Source: an uncultured Desulfobacterales bacterium
GTDB lineage: Bacteria > Desulfobacterota > Dissulfuribacteria > Dissulfuribacterales > QOAL01
Reading direction: 5' to 3'
Length of the DNA stretch: 64,000 nucleotides
Assembly (NCBI GenBank): GCA_964573805.1
Contig: CAZNKP010000028.1
Span: forward strand, 17,791-81,790
Part shown: piece after piece, positions 1 to 8,672 of the stretch
How the letters are laid out: each line of letters starts with the position of its first letter
How positions within the stretch are numbered: the first letter of the stretch is position 1
Position numbers and translations under genes: made by a program
The notes under the pieces: generated by a model
Seen by the model: the letters and a program-made list of their open reading frames with translations, nothing else
Told to the model about the DNA's origin: nothing
Database searches by the model: none

Positions 1-1824
1 AGAAAAAACTCTGTAACTGTACAAGACCTGGATATAAAAGCTACAGAAAGGGGCGACTATGTCTATATAACTAAGATAGAGAAAGGACGGCCTGCATCGG
101 AAATCCTTAATACCCTTATCCCTGAATTAATGGCCTCTATACCGTTTCCTAAAACCATGCGTTGGGGCAATGAAAAAGTCAAATTCGCTAGGCCAGTAAG
201 GTGGATCCTAGCCCTTTGCGGAAACGAGATTATACCTTTTTCTTTTGGTGATGCAAAAAGCGACCGAAAAACCTTTGGACATAGGTTTGCTTCTCCTGAA
301 TCCATTGATCTTGAATCTGCATCTTATGAGGTGTATCTGTCCCGCTTGAAAAGGGCCTATTGCCTGGTGGATATCAGGGAACGTCTTCAGATACTCAAAC
401 AAGACGCCTTAAAACAGGCCCAAAAAGCTGGGGGAACTGTACTTAAAGACAAAGAACTGGAAGAATTAAATACCTTTCTAACAGAATTTCCTTGGGCCAT
501 TTGCGGCAGTTTTTCTCCAGCATTCCTCTCGCTTCCGGATGCTGTCCTCATAACCTGCATGAAGGAACATCAAAAATATTTTGCAGTAGTAGATCAGAAG
601 GGCAAACTATTACCTAACTTCATAGCTATTAACAATACTCCATCAGACAAACCAGAACTGGTTAAAAAGGGCCATGAGAGAGTTTTAGGGGCCAGGCTTG
701 CAGATGCTGACTTCTTTTTCAAGGAGGATACCAAGAAAAAATTAGAAGAATTTGTCCAAGAGCTTGGTGGAATGGTATTCCATAAGGGCCTTGGCTCCCT
801 CCTCGATAAGACAGATAGAATAGGAAGGCTGGCCGAATTTATTGCTCACAAATTAGGCTATCAACAGATTGATAAGATAAAAAGGGCGGCCTATCTGTGT
901 AAGGCAGATCTTTGCACAGAAATGGTTGGGGAATTTCCTACACTTCAAGGTGTAATAGGCAAGGAATATGCCCTTATTTCTGGCGAAGATCCAGATGTGG
1001 CCGTTGCCATAGAAGAACATTACCTGCCTATCCGTTCAGGAGGACGGCTTCCAGAAACTGTACCAGGTCTAATCCTTAGTATTGCTGACAAAATCGACAC
1101 CATTACAGCCACATTCGGCCTAGGCCTGAAGCCAAGCGGTAACCAAGATCCTTACGCCCTTAGACGTCAGGCTCTGGGAATCATAAATATCCTTATAGAC
1201 AAGGAGATGGTCCTTTCGCTATCGGAACTCATTGATGAAACAATCTCCTGTCTGCAAGAGTTCTTACCCAAGCTACCTTCTTCACTCAAAGATGATGTCA
1301 TAAAATTTTTCAAAAAGAGATTCAAAAACGAGCTTATTTCCAGACATATCGATTATGATGTGATAGACGCAGCTATAGCAGCAGATTTTGATTCTATATT
1401 TGATTGTTATCAAAGGGTTTTGGCCCTTAAAGCTGTAAGAAGGCAACCAGAATTTGAGCCTATAAGCATCGCATTTAAAAGGGTAATGAATATCCTAAAG
1501 GATTTTCATGGAGGAACTATAAGACCTGAACTCTTTAGAGATCCTGAAGAAAAGATCCTTTATGATGCCTTTCAACAGATAAAAGAACAAATCTCGCCAC
1601 TCGTTTCTCCTCAAGGGGCAGATCATCCGCCCTTGGCAGAACAATATCAAAGAGCCCTGATGCTTCTTCTCTCACTAAAACCTCATATTGATAACTTTTT
1701 TGATAATGTAATGGTGATGGTGGAGGATGAAAATCTAAAAACAAATAGACTTTCTCTTTTATGGCTAATTTCAAAACTGTTCCTCAAAATTGGCGATCTT
1801 TCTTATATTGTCACTGAAGGTTAA
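1..1824 (+). CDS. glyS: Glycine--tRNA ligase beta subunit, 5' end cut by window edge
   Basis: The frame of ORF 130..1824 stays open back to nt 1. The product carries GlyRS-beta hallmarks (CMKEHQKYF, GEFPTLQGVIG, DPYALRRQALG). Stop TAA at 1822-1824. Confidence 0.92.
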   Translation, partial: RKNSVTVQDLDIKATERGDYVYITKIEKGRPASEILNTLIPELMASIPFPKTMRWGNEKVKFARPVRWILALCGNEIIPFSFGDAKSDRKTFGHRFASPESIDLESASYEVYLSRLKRAYCLVDIRERLQILKQDALKQAQKAGGTVLKDKELEELNTFLTEFPWAICGSFSPAFLSLPDAVLITCMKEHQKYFAVVDQKGKLLPNFIAINNTPSDKPELVKKGHERVLGARLADADFFFKEDTKKKLEEFVQELGGMVFHKGLGSLLDKTDRIGRLAEFIAHKLGYQQIDKIKRAAYLCKADLCTEMVGEFPTLQGVIGKEYALISGEDPDVAVAIEEHYLPIRSGGRLPETVPGLILSIADKIDTITATFGLGLKPSGNQDPYALRRQALGIINILIDKEMVLSLSELIDETISCLQEFLPKLPSSLKDDVIKFFKKRFKNELISRHIDYDVIDAAIAADFDSIFDCYQRVLALKAVRRQPEFEPISIAFKRVMNILKDFHGGTIRPELFRDPEEKILYDAFQQIKEQISPLVSPQGADHPPLAEQYQRALMLLLSLKPHIDNFFDNVMVMVEDENLKTNRLSLLWLISKLFLKIGDLSYIVTEG

Positions 1825-1827
1825 AAA

Positions 1828-2517
1828 GTGAAACACCAGTCTTTGGAACTCGACAAAAGAATTCCAGAACCGGAGTTAATGGACGAACACAATCAGGCCA
1901 AAGCCTATGCTGATGCCGACTTTTCGGTACCCCATGAAATGTTTGTAGACCTTTTGGAGAAGCGTTTTGGCCAAGATATTCGAGGTCTTTTCCTAGATCT
2001 TGGCTGCGGTCCATGCGATGTAACCATTAGATTTGCCAAGAGGTTTCCAAAAACCACGATTCATGCCATTGATGGCTCAAAACCTATGCTTAAGGAAGCC
2101 AAGATCAAAATCCACTACCATAAGCTATCACAACGAATCAAACTATTTCATGCCAAGATCCCCATAAAGGAAGATATTATCTCTCCCAACTCCTATGATG
2201 GAGTAATTGTAAATAGTCTGTTGCATCATCTTCCATCACAGGAGATCTTGTGGCAAGCCATCAAAAAATTTGTTAGGCAACATGGCATCATATTTGTCAT
2301 GGATCTGATTCGACCAAAAGATACCCAAAAGGCGCTTACAATAGTTAAAAAATATAGTGGTGACGAACCGAAAATTCTACAAAGAGATTTTTACCACTCT
2401 CTCTTAGCTGCTTACAGGGAAAGCGAGGTAAAGAATTATCTTCGAGGCACAAACCTATCTCATTTGACCATCGAAAGGGTCACAGACAGACATTTTATAG
2501 TGTGGGGTAAAAAATAA
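1828..2517 (+). CDS. Class I SAM-dependent methyltransferase
   Basis: 229 aa with SAM motif I (LDLGCGPCD) and a later VNSLLHHL segment. GTG start lies 4 nt after the glyS stop; ATG 1879 is an alternative start. Confidence 0.75.
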   Translation: MKHQSLELDKRIPEPELMDEHNQAKAYADADFSVPHEMFVDLLEKRFGQDIRGLFLDLGCGPCDVTIRFAKRFPKTTIHAIDGSKPMLKEAKIKIHYHKLSQRIKLFHAKIPIKEDIISPNSYDGVIVNSLLHHLPSQEILWQAIKKFVRQHGIIFVMDLIRPKDTQKALTIVKKYSGDEPKILQRDFYHSLLAAYRESEVKNYLRGTNLSHLTIERVTDRHFIVWGKK

Positions 2518-2543
2518 GGGCGGAGTAGTTAAACTCCGCCCTT
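2516..2543. terminator. Hairpin between convergent methyltransferase and dsrD genes (mainly the dsrD terminator)
   Basis: AAGGGCGGAGT / ACTCCGCCCTT 11-bp stem with a 6-nt loop. A T-run follows only on the minus strand (complement of aaaaat at 2511-2515). Confidence 0.7.
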
Positions 2544-2549
2544 AATCAA

Positions 2550-2810
2550 TTACTCTTCTTCTAACTTACCAAACTGGTCTTCCTCACTCTTTCCGAAGCC
2601 GGGAACACCATACATGGTTGTACTTCCTGAAGAGAAAAACTCCAGCTTACCTTCTTGGACAAGCAGGTTAGCTGCCTTTTTTACTTCTCTAGGCTTGGCA
2701 TTGGGATCTGCCTTATACAGATCCTTTATGTACATCTTTGACTTATGCTTGGCCTTTTTTGTAGCAAACTCCAAAATCTTTTGTTTCAGTTCTTCCATGT
2801 CAACGGCCAT
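2550..2810 (-). CDS. dsrD: Dissimilatory sulfite reductase protein DsrD
   Basis: 86 aa with DsrD-like core (REVKKAANLLVQEGKLEFFSSGSTTMYG). Sits directly downstream of dsrB. AAGGAGG lies 6 nt upstream of ATG 2810. Confidence 0.9.
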   Translation of the reverse strand: MAVDMEELKQKILEFATKKAKHKSKMYIKDLYKADPNAKPREVKKAANLLVQEGKLEFFSSGSTTMYGVPGFGKSEEDQFGKLEEE

Positions 2811-2827
2811 TGAGAGCCTCCTTTGTC

Positions 2828-4084
2828 TTAAAGATTGTCAGTATGTACACTCCACTTGAACTGAGTGGTAGTGTGATAAGTATCGTATGCAAGCCTGTAA
2901 TCGTCAATAGATTTATCAGTAAAAGGAATATCACATTTCTCAAAGAAACGCTCCCAACCGATTCTCTCTGCCCACTCACCAAGACGCTCGTACTTCCTAG
3001 CATCGCTTGCATAGGTCTCAAGAATCTTCCTAATAACCTTTACAGTAGATGGCCAGCGTGGTGGCTCATTGGGGATAAACGGAATGACCAGCTTGGAAAA
3101 CTTTGGAGCACTAACCCTGTTGGAGATCTTTCCACCAACCAAAATTGCAATTCCGTCACCATCCATATCTGCAAGAGGCATTGCCGGACACATGGTGTAG
3201 CAGTTACCGCAGAACATGCAGCGCTCTTCCTTTACTCGGACAGTCTTGATCTTTTTACCATCAATTTCTACAGTGGCAGGCTTTATCGCTCCCAAAGGAC
3301 ATGCGGCAATTGCAAGAGGAATCTCGCAAACACCCATAATACGATCGTCTTCGACAAATGGAGGCTTCCTATGCACACCGAGAATAGCAATATCTGAACA
3401 ATGAACAGCACCACACATATTCAAGCAGCAAGCCAAAGCAATACGGACCTGGGCTGGCAACTTGTGGCTGGTGAAATATTCGTAAAGATCATCCATAACC
3501 GCCTTCACCACACCAGACGCATCAGTAGCAGGGGTGTGGCAGTGGACCCAGCCCTGGGTATGCACGATGTTGGTAACAGAGGCGCCGGTTCCACCAATAG
3601 GGAACTTCAGGGAGCCACCAGGATGCTTCCTGCTCTTAAGATCATCCATAAGTGCACGAAGCTGATCCTCACTAGTTACATGAAACTCCAGATTGTTCCT
3701 AGTGGTATAACGGAGCTTTCCTTCGCAGTACTTGTCAGCTATCTCACAGATCTCACGGATCATGTCAGTTGTAACAAGACGAGGTGTACCACAGCGAACA
3801 ACCCAGCACTGATCTCCGGTCTCGCTTGTATACTTAATGACACCAGGCTCTACAATTTCGTGACTCTTCCATTTTCCATAGTTCTTCTTAATAACTTCTG
3901 GGAAAAACTGCTCAAAGTATGGAGGACCTATATCTGTAATCCTATTGGCCATTGGCTTTTTGGGATCATATAGTGTCTCGGCCAAGTTAGGATCGTAAGG
4001 CTCCTTAACCTTCTCGCTTATATCAAAACCAGGAAGATCTCCCCAGTTCTCTTTCATTACTTCGCGGATTTCTTTCAGATCCAT
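2828..4084 (-). CDS. dsrB: Dissimilatory sulfite reductase beta subunit DsrB
   Basis: [29 protein letters not shown] and ferredoxin insert [17 protein letters not shown] lies 9 nt upstream of ATG 4084. The N-terminus is longer than the classical DsrB I recall; Met45 at 3952 is an alternative start. Confidence 0.93.
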   Translation of the reverse strand: MDLKEIREVMKENWGDLPGFDISEKVKEPYDPNLAETLYDPKKPMANRITDIGPPYFEQFFPEVIKKNYGKWKSHEIVEPGVIKYTSETGDQCWVVRCGTPRLVTTDMIREICEIADKYCEGKLRYTTRNNLEFHVTSEDQLRALMDDLKSRKHPGGSLKFPIGGTGASVTNIVHTQGWVHCHTPATDASGVVKAVMDDLYEYFTSHKLPAQVRIALACCLNMCGAVHCSDIAILGVHRKPPFVEDDRIMGVCEIPLAIAACPLGAIKPATVEIDGKKIKTVRVKEERCMFCGNCYTMCPAMPLADMDGDGIAILVGGKISNRVSAPKFSKLVIPFIPNEPPRWPSTVKVIRKILETYASDARKYERLGEWAERIGWERFFEKCDIPFTDKSIDDYRLAYDTYHTTTQFKWSVHTDNL

Positions 4085-4113
4085 TTATATTTACCTCCTC
4101 TGTATTTATTTAA

Positions 4114-5400
4114 TTAAGCAGCGTGACGTGAACGGAATTCCTTGATATCGCGCTTCCAGCCACCCTCAACCTCTTCCTCACGCCAGAAGACATAGGGGTT
4201 GGATCTGGGTTCCTTAACCATCTGTGGAATGGGTTTGAGCTCTGCCCTACGCAGAAACTCTTGGAGGCTCTGGCGCTGGATAAGCTCTCCAAAACGCTCC
4301 CTGTTTTTTCCTTCCTCCATCCACCAATCCCAAATCTTATCAACAAATTCCTTGAACTCGTCGTAAGGAGGTTCCATACGCATGAATGGAATGGCAAGAG
4401 TAGAGAGCTGAGCACCATCTAGGATCGGGGCTTTAGCACCAACCAAAATAGTTGCCCCAACATCGGTACCTGGGCGTAATGCCTCAGGCATAACATTTAT
4501 ACAATGCATGCAACGTGTGCATTCACGATTGTCTATTTTAAGCTCGTCTCCCTCCATCCACATACACTTGGTAGGACAAAGATCTATTACCTCTTTCTGA
4601 ATGTCAAATGGACCCCAATCACGGTCACCATGGGCACCTGCATTGGGCTTCAACTCACCGCCCTTGTATGCCTTTACGGCTTCTTGATCAATACGGATAT
4701 CATCCTTCCAAGTACCAATAATAGAACAATCACAACGCGCAATAGCAGCAACACAATCGTTAGGACATCCAGAAACCTTGAACTTAAACTTATAAGGGAA
4801 GGCAGGCCTATGCAGCTCATCCTGATACGTCTGGGTCAGATCATAACAGATAGCCTGGGTATCCAGACATGACCACTCACAACGAGCCTTACCTATACAG
4901 CAAGACGGGGTACGCAAGTTAGAACCCGAACCCCCAAGGTCAACTCCCATTTGATGGGTCAGGTCATAAAATACAGGCTCTAATTGATCGGTTGTAGTAC
5001 CAAGCAGAATCATATCGCCTGTGGAGCCATGAAGGTTTGTCATTCCACTCCCGCGATAGTCCCACATGTCACAGAGCTTCCTAAGATATTCCGTACTATA
5101 AAACTTGGACGCAGGCTGGTTTACACGCATGGTGTGGAAGTGAGCAATCGCAGGATACTTATCCGGCACATCCGAATATCGCCCTATTACACCTCCCCCA
5201 TAACCAAAAACTCCCACAATTCCACCATGTTTCCAGTGAGTCTCTTTGTGAATGTAAGACAACTCCAACTGGCCCAGAAGGTCCAAACAGGCCTGCTTGC
5301 CCTTCAAACCCTTTTGTTCAATGTCATCGACAAAACTTGGCCATGGTCCGCTTTTGAGCTCATCGCACATCGGAGTGTCATGCTTTTTGACATCAGCCAT
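4114..5400 (-). CDS. dsrA: Dissimilatory sulfite reductase alpha subunit DsrA
   Basis: [23 protein letters not shown], Cys clusters ([28 protein letters not shown]) and ferredoxin insert [22 protein letters not shown] lies upstream of ATG 5400. Confidence 0.95.
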   Translation of the reverse strand: MADVKKHDTPMCDELKSGPWPSFVDDIEQKGLKGKQACLDLLGQLELSYIHKETHWKHGGIVGVFGYGGGVIGRYSDVPDKYPAIAHFHTMRVNQPASKFYSTEYLRKLCDMWDYRGSGMTNLHGSTGDMILLGTTTDQLEPVFYDLTHQMGVDLGGSGSNLRTPSCCIGKARCEWSCLDTQAICYDLTQTYQDELHRPAFPYKFKFKVSGCPNDCVAAIARCDCSIIGTWKDDIRIDQEAVKAYKGGELKPNAGAHGDRDWGPFDIQKEVIDLCPTKCMWMEGDELKIDNRECTRCMHCINVMPEALRPGTDVGATILVGAKAPILDGAQLSTLAIPFMRMEPPYDEFKEFVDKIWDWWMEEGKNRERFGELIQRQSLQEFLRRAELKPIPQMVKEPRSNPYVFWREEEVEGGWKRDIKEFRSRHAA

Positions 5401-5481
5401 TTAAATCTCCCTCCTTAGGTATTTTTTCAAAACAGTGTCGTATGTCATGTGGCCAAATGAACCTTTCTACAAATAAGAAAT

Positions 5482-5497
5482 AAATGAAGATTCATTC
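5482..5497. promoter_or_regulatory. Near-palindromic box AAATGAAGATTCATTC in the dsrA leader (candidate operator)
   Basis: Matches AAATGAAGCTTCATTC at 32922-32937 (atp leader) at 15 of 16 positions. Lies downstream of the predicted dsrA -10. Confidence 0.3.
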
Positions 5498-5524
5498 GGC
5501 CGAGTCTTCTATTGCGTGAAAACT

Positions 5525-5554
5525 TTTATAATATTGTTATACATTCCTTGTCAA
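5525..5554 (-). promoter_or_regulatory. Candidate sigma70-type promoter of dsrABD
   Basis: Minus strand reads TTGACA (5554-5549), an 18-nt spacer, then TATAAA (5530-5525). This leaves a leader of roughly 118 nt before ATG 5400. Confidence 0.45.
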
Positions 5555-5660
5555 CCCCCAAATGGCGTGAAAACAAGGGGTTAGCACATCATATAATAGG
5601 ATTAATCTTCCTATTTTTAATTATTTCACAATGTTACCAAGCAAAAACAACGATTCGCAT

Positions 5661-5702
5661 CCCTCCTTCAAAAATGAATTTTAATTCATTTTTGAAGGAG
5701 GG
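5661..5702 (-). terminator. 42-nt perfect palindrome after the ykgJ-like gene (terminator/insulator upstream of the dsrA promoter)
   Basis: CCCTCCTTCAAAAATGAATT tt AATTCATTTTTGAAGGAGGG gives a 20-bp perfect stem 9 nt after the stop at 5712. No immediate U-run follows on the minus strand. Confidence 0.5.
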
Positions 5703-5711
5703 ATAAGGAGT

Positions 5712-6332
5712 TTATGGGCCTAGGACAGCAACGACTTCTTCCAGAGGTCTCCCAAAGAAAAAATCCAGCTCTGCCTCTCCAATAGACAATTCCCTGATTA
5801 CCTTTTGCCTAAAGCATCTTTCTTCTTCAATCAGCTTATTAATGATAGAAGTATTTCCCATACAACTGTCAGAAGAATTAAGCAATATCTCAGTAATTTT
5901 TCTCAAGTCAAAGACCAAATCATGCCTTTCTATCAACTCAAAAAGAGCCGTTCCTGGCGGAACCAGATCTCTCCTGATCAAAAGGTCCCTCATGAAAACG
6001 GCCTCTAACTCCTTGGTATCCCAACATTTCAAGAGCCTACACTCCATAGGCCTCTTGTCATAGATTAAGCATGCATATCTTTGAGGATCGTAAAACTTGC
6101 AAGTACCGATTTTATCTCTACCTCGAACCTTTATCAGCTCGCTTTCAAGCATCACCACCTTATTATGGCAAGGATCAAAGCCTGGCTCCCCTCTTCTAAT
6201 AGTCAGCAAATCAACTGGAGATAAAATACCATCAACCACCAAAACCCTATCGGATGTATGCAACACCGGTCCACCTTTAACGCAACACCTGCCGCACCTC
6301 TTGCATTCTTCATGGGTTACATTAATGTGCAT
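5712..6332 (-). CDS. YkgJ-family (CxxCxxCC) cysteine-cluster protein
   Basis: 206 aa with N-terminal CKRCGRCC motif and further conserved Cys (GTCKFYD, YACLIYDKRPMECR), typical of UPF0153/YkgJ Zn/Fe-chelating proteins. Confidence 0.7.
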   Translation of the reverse strand: MHINVTHEECKRCGRCCVKGGPVLHTSDRVLVVDGILSPVDLLTIRRGEPGFDPCHNKVVMLESELIKVRGRDKIGTCKFYDPQRYACLIYDKRPMECRLLKCWDTKELEAVFMRDLLIRRDLVPPGTALFELIERHDLVFDLRKITEILLNSSDSCMGNTSIINKLIEEERCFRQKVIRELSIGEAELDFFFGRPLEEVVAVLGP

Positions 6333-6368
6333 ATGTATAACCTAACAAAATTAACAGGTCTCCTAGAG

Positions 6369-6911
6369 ATGGAAAAGGAATTGAAACAGCTATTCACACA
6401 AATCGACAATGCAGTTACGACTGTAGCCCAAAGATATCCCAAAGAATTTAAATGCAAAAAGGGCTGCTCAGACTGCTGCAACGCTGCCTTTGATGTATCG
6501 CTGGCAGAGGCAGTATTAATTAAAAAATATTTCTCCATATTAGGGAGAAAAACCAGAAGGCAGATCATCAAAAAGGCCGAAGAAGCACAAAGGGCATGGG
6601 ATAAAAACCTCGCTAAACCGATACAGGATATATCAAAACTGCGCATACCCTGCCCGCTTCTAAGCAGAGACGAGGAGTGTCTGCTTTACGAAGTTAGACC
6701 AGTGAACTGCAGAACATACGGGGTGCCTACTGAAATAAACGGGCACGGGCATGTCTGCGCCCTTTCCGGTTTTATAGCCGGACAAAGCTACCCAACTATA
6801 AGACTCAATATTATTCAACAAGAACTCCTAAAAATAAGCAAACAAATTGATCCTAAAAAGGCCGGCAAAAGATGGCCAATATCAGCAATACTTTTAGGCA
6901 AAATCTACTGA
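6369..6911 (+). CDS. YkgJ-family cysteine-cluster protein (second, divergent copy)
   Basis: CKKGCSDCCNA motif plus CPLL...CLLYEVRPVNCRTYG. The track ORF starts at 6258 but overlaps the divergent gene, so ATG 6369 (MEKELKQ) or ATG 6333 is more plausible. Start uncertain. Confidence 0.65.
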   Translation: MEKELKQLFTQIDNAVTTVAQRYPKEFKCKKGCSDCCNAAFDVSLAEAVLIKKYFSILGRKTRRQIIKKAEEAQRAWDKNLAKPIQDISKLRIPCPLLSRDEECLLYEVRPVNCRTYGVPTEINGHGHVCALSGFIAGQSYPTIRLNIIQQELLKISKQIDPKKAGKRWPISAILLGKIY

Positions 6912-6914
6912 TTA

Positions 6915-8663
6915 TCAGGCCTGTCCCTTCAACCGGTCTTCCAACACCTTAATACCCTGCTCCAGAATATTTGCCTTTTCTCTGGCCCCCATTCCTCTAA
7001 AAAGTTTCTCTGCCAACCTGTATGCATCAAGTGCCTCTTCTATCTTGCCCTGCCGTTCATAAACATCTGCAATACCAGCCAAGAATAAGGCAGAACGCTT
7101 AACATCACTCAAATTTTCTACAAGTTCCAAGGCCCTGAAATAGTAAGGCAAACACTTGTCATATTCCTTCAAATGTCTATATATATCGATCACCTTTTCC
7201 AACATGATGACAGCACTTATTGGATCGTTCTTTTTCTCACAGATAGCAAGCGTTCTTTGATAAGGAGAAAGGGCGGCCTTCATGTTTCCGCGCATTACAT
7301 GAAGGTCTCCAATTTTTTCACAGATATTTGCCACTTCAACATCATAACCTGCATTGTCAAACACGGTTAAAACTGCTTCAAACTTGGCAAGTGCGTCCAA
7401 AGACTGACCACGATTTTTTAATATATCGGCCTCCTGATATATACGCCTCGCCTCGATCACTTCTGGCGGCTCCTGTTTCTGAGTCTTAGTCTGAGCTTGA
7501 GCCTGTCTAAAATCCTTTTCTTTATTCTGTCCCTCGCGTTTAATATCTTTTTCTTCATTCATACGTTCAATAGCCTCTCTTGCAACCTTGCCAACTGTTG
7601 TTAATCGCAATCTATTGTTATCAAAAATCTGAAATTCTTCCGAATCGTCACACATCTTGGTAATGGCACTTAATGACTCCTTAGCTCGAATTTTCCCCAA
7701 GGCCCACACAGCATGACCCCTAACTGCAGGGTCATCCGAATCCAGCAAATCAAACATCACAAAAAATGAATTGGTACGAACCAGTCTTGGATGTAGCTCT
7801 CCTATCCTGCCAATAGCCCATAAAATTGCTGGCCGAGAAGGTGCATCACCAACAAGACCAAGTATATGCTGAACAAAAGAACCATATAGGTTGGGTTGAT
7901 TTCTTATTATTTCACCAACGGTCTCGATAGCTCCCCAATTCGCTGCTGCAGAATCGTTAGCCGAGTACAACAATCTCCTCAAAAGGTCTCCAACAGTGGA
8001 AGGGTCCTGATTACTGATGGCCGCTGCCACCTGACCCAATATTATCACAGCATTCCACCTAGATTCCAAATCCGCTGAATAAAGAAGCCTCTGTATTTTT
8101 CTAAGAACAAGTTTGTCTTCACAGGCCATTTTAGTCAAGGTTCCGATATCCTTGTTCTTTACAAACTGCGCCACCTCTTTTTTAGAATATCTCCTACCCT
8201 TAACTTTAGAGGTAGCAGAACTATGAATTTGCCGCGGTACGCCATTTACAGGAGACCCCTTTTCAAATCTAGCTCTCACACCTTCATGTTTCAGTTCCTG
8301 GAGATCCTCTTTGAGCTTGATAAAACTAAGAGCACCCCGAATCTTCTGGCCTTCAATATCATGCCCCTGAGGGAAAATTGCATGTCTATCAAAATCATAT
8401 CCTTCTATCAATGCGTCTATATAATCCTCACCTGGCAACAGGTTCCATGCCAAATCCCAGTCGTTATCGCATGCGAACCCTAAGGCTTCCACCATGGCCG
8501 CACCTAGATTGTGTCCAGTTACATCGTGTACAAATACGGCACCACATTCACATACACCAAAGTCAAAATCGCCCAGTCTTTTAGGCTCAACCTGTCTGGG
8601 CCTTGGAAGCCTCTGTGAACAAAAGGGACACTGTGGCTCTATCACACCTTTACAGATTGCCAT
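6915..8663 (-). CDS. Multidomain protein: N-terminal 4-Cys zinc-ribbon-like region, HEAT (PBS-lyase type) repeats, C-terminal TPR repeats
   Basis: 582 aa. CPFC...CEC at the N-terminus, HEAT-like repeats (DPAVRGHAVWALGKI, PAILWAIGRIGE), a charged linker, then TPR-like helices at the C-terminus. Confidence 0.6.
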   Translation of the reverse strand: MAICKGVIEPQCPFCSQRLPRPRQVEPKRLGDFDFGVCECGAVFVHDVTGHNLGAAMVEALGFACDNDWDLAWNLLPGEDYIDALIEGYDFDRHAIFPQGHDIEGQKIRGALSFIKLKEDLQELKHEGVRARFEKGSPVNGVPRQIHSSATSKVKGRRYSKKEVAQFVKNKDIGTLTKMACEDKLVLRKIQRLLYSADLESRWNAVIILGQVAAAISNQDPSTVGDLLRRLLYSANDSAAANWGAIETVGEIIRNQPNLYGSFVQHILGLVGDAPSRPAILWAIGRIGELHPRLVRTNSFFVMFDLLDSDDPAVRGHAVWALGKIRAKESLSAITKMCDDSEEFQIFDNNRLRLTTVGKVAREAIERMNEEKDIKREGQNKEKDFRQAQAQTKTQKQEPPEVIEARRIYQEADILKNRGQSLDALAKFEAVLTVFDNAGYDVEVANICEKIGDLHVMRGNMKAALSPYQRTLAICEKKNDPISAVIMLEKVIDIYRHLKEYDKCLPYYFRALELVENLSDVKRSALFLAGIADVYERQGKIEEALDAYRLAEKLFRGMGAREKANILEQGIKVLEDRLKGQA

Positions 8664-8672
8664 AGATATTAA

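Noticed and set aside
2810-3973. Long plus-strand ORFs (2810..3397 at 195 aa, 3401..3973 at 190 aa, and others) antisense to dsrB and dsrA.
   Set aside because: They lie entirely inside genes whose minus-strand products have unmistakable DsrA/DsrB motifs. They have no SD, and their translations are low-complexity and Cys/Thr/Ile-biased, as expected for antisense frames.
5482-5497. Interpreting the ATGAAG/CTTCAT boxes as Rex or CRP/FNR (HcpR-type) operators.
   Set aside because: The half-site spacing does not fit. Rex is TGTGAA-N4-TTCACA as I recall it, and CRP/FNR boxes are TGA-N6-TCA. These boxes are TGA-N4-TCA or TGA-N8-TCA and lack the flanking TGT/ACA.
5512-5706. A 64-aa plus-strand ORF upstream of dsrA.
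   Set aside because: It sits on the dsrA promoter/leader and the 42-nt palindrome. It has a TTG start with no SD, and its translation is hydrophobic and low-complexity.
6258-6368. The extended N-terminus (start 6258) for the plus-strand YkgJ-like gene.
   Set aside because: It would overlap the divergent gene's coding region by 75 nt, and the extra residues (MQHRSTFNATPAAPLAFF...) are simply the antisense of that gene.
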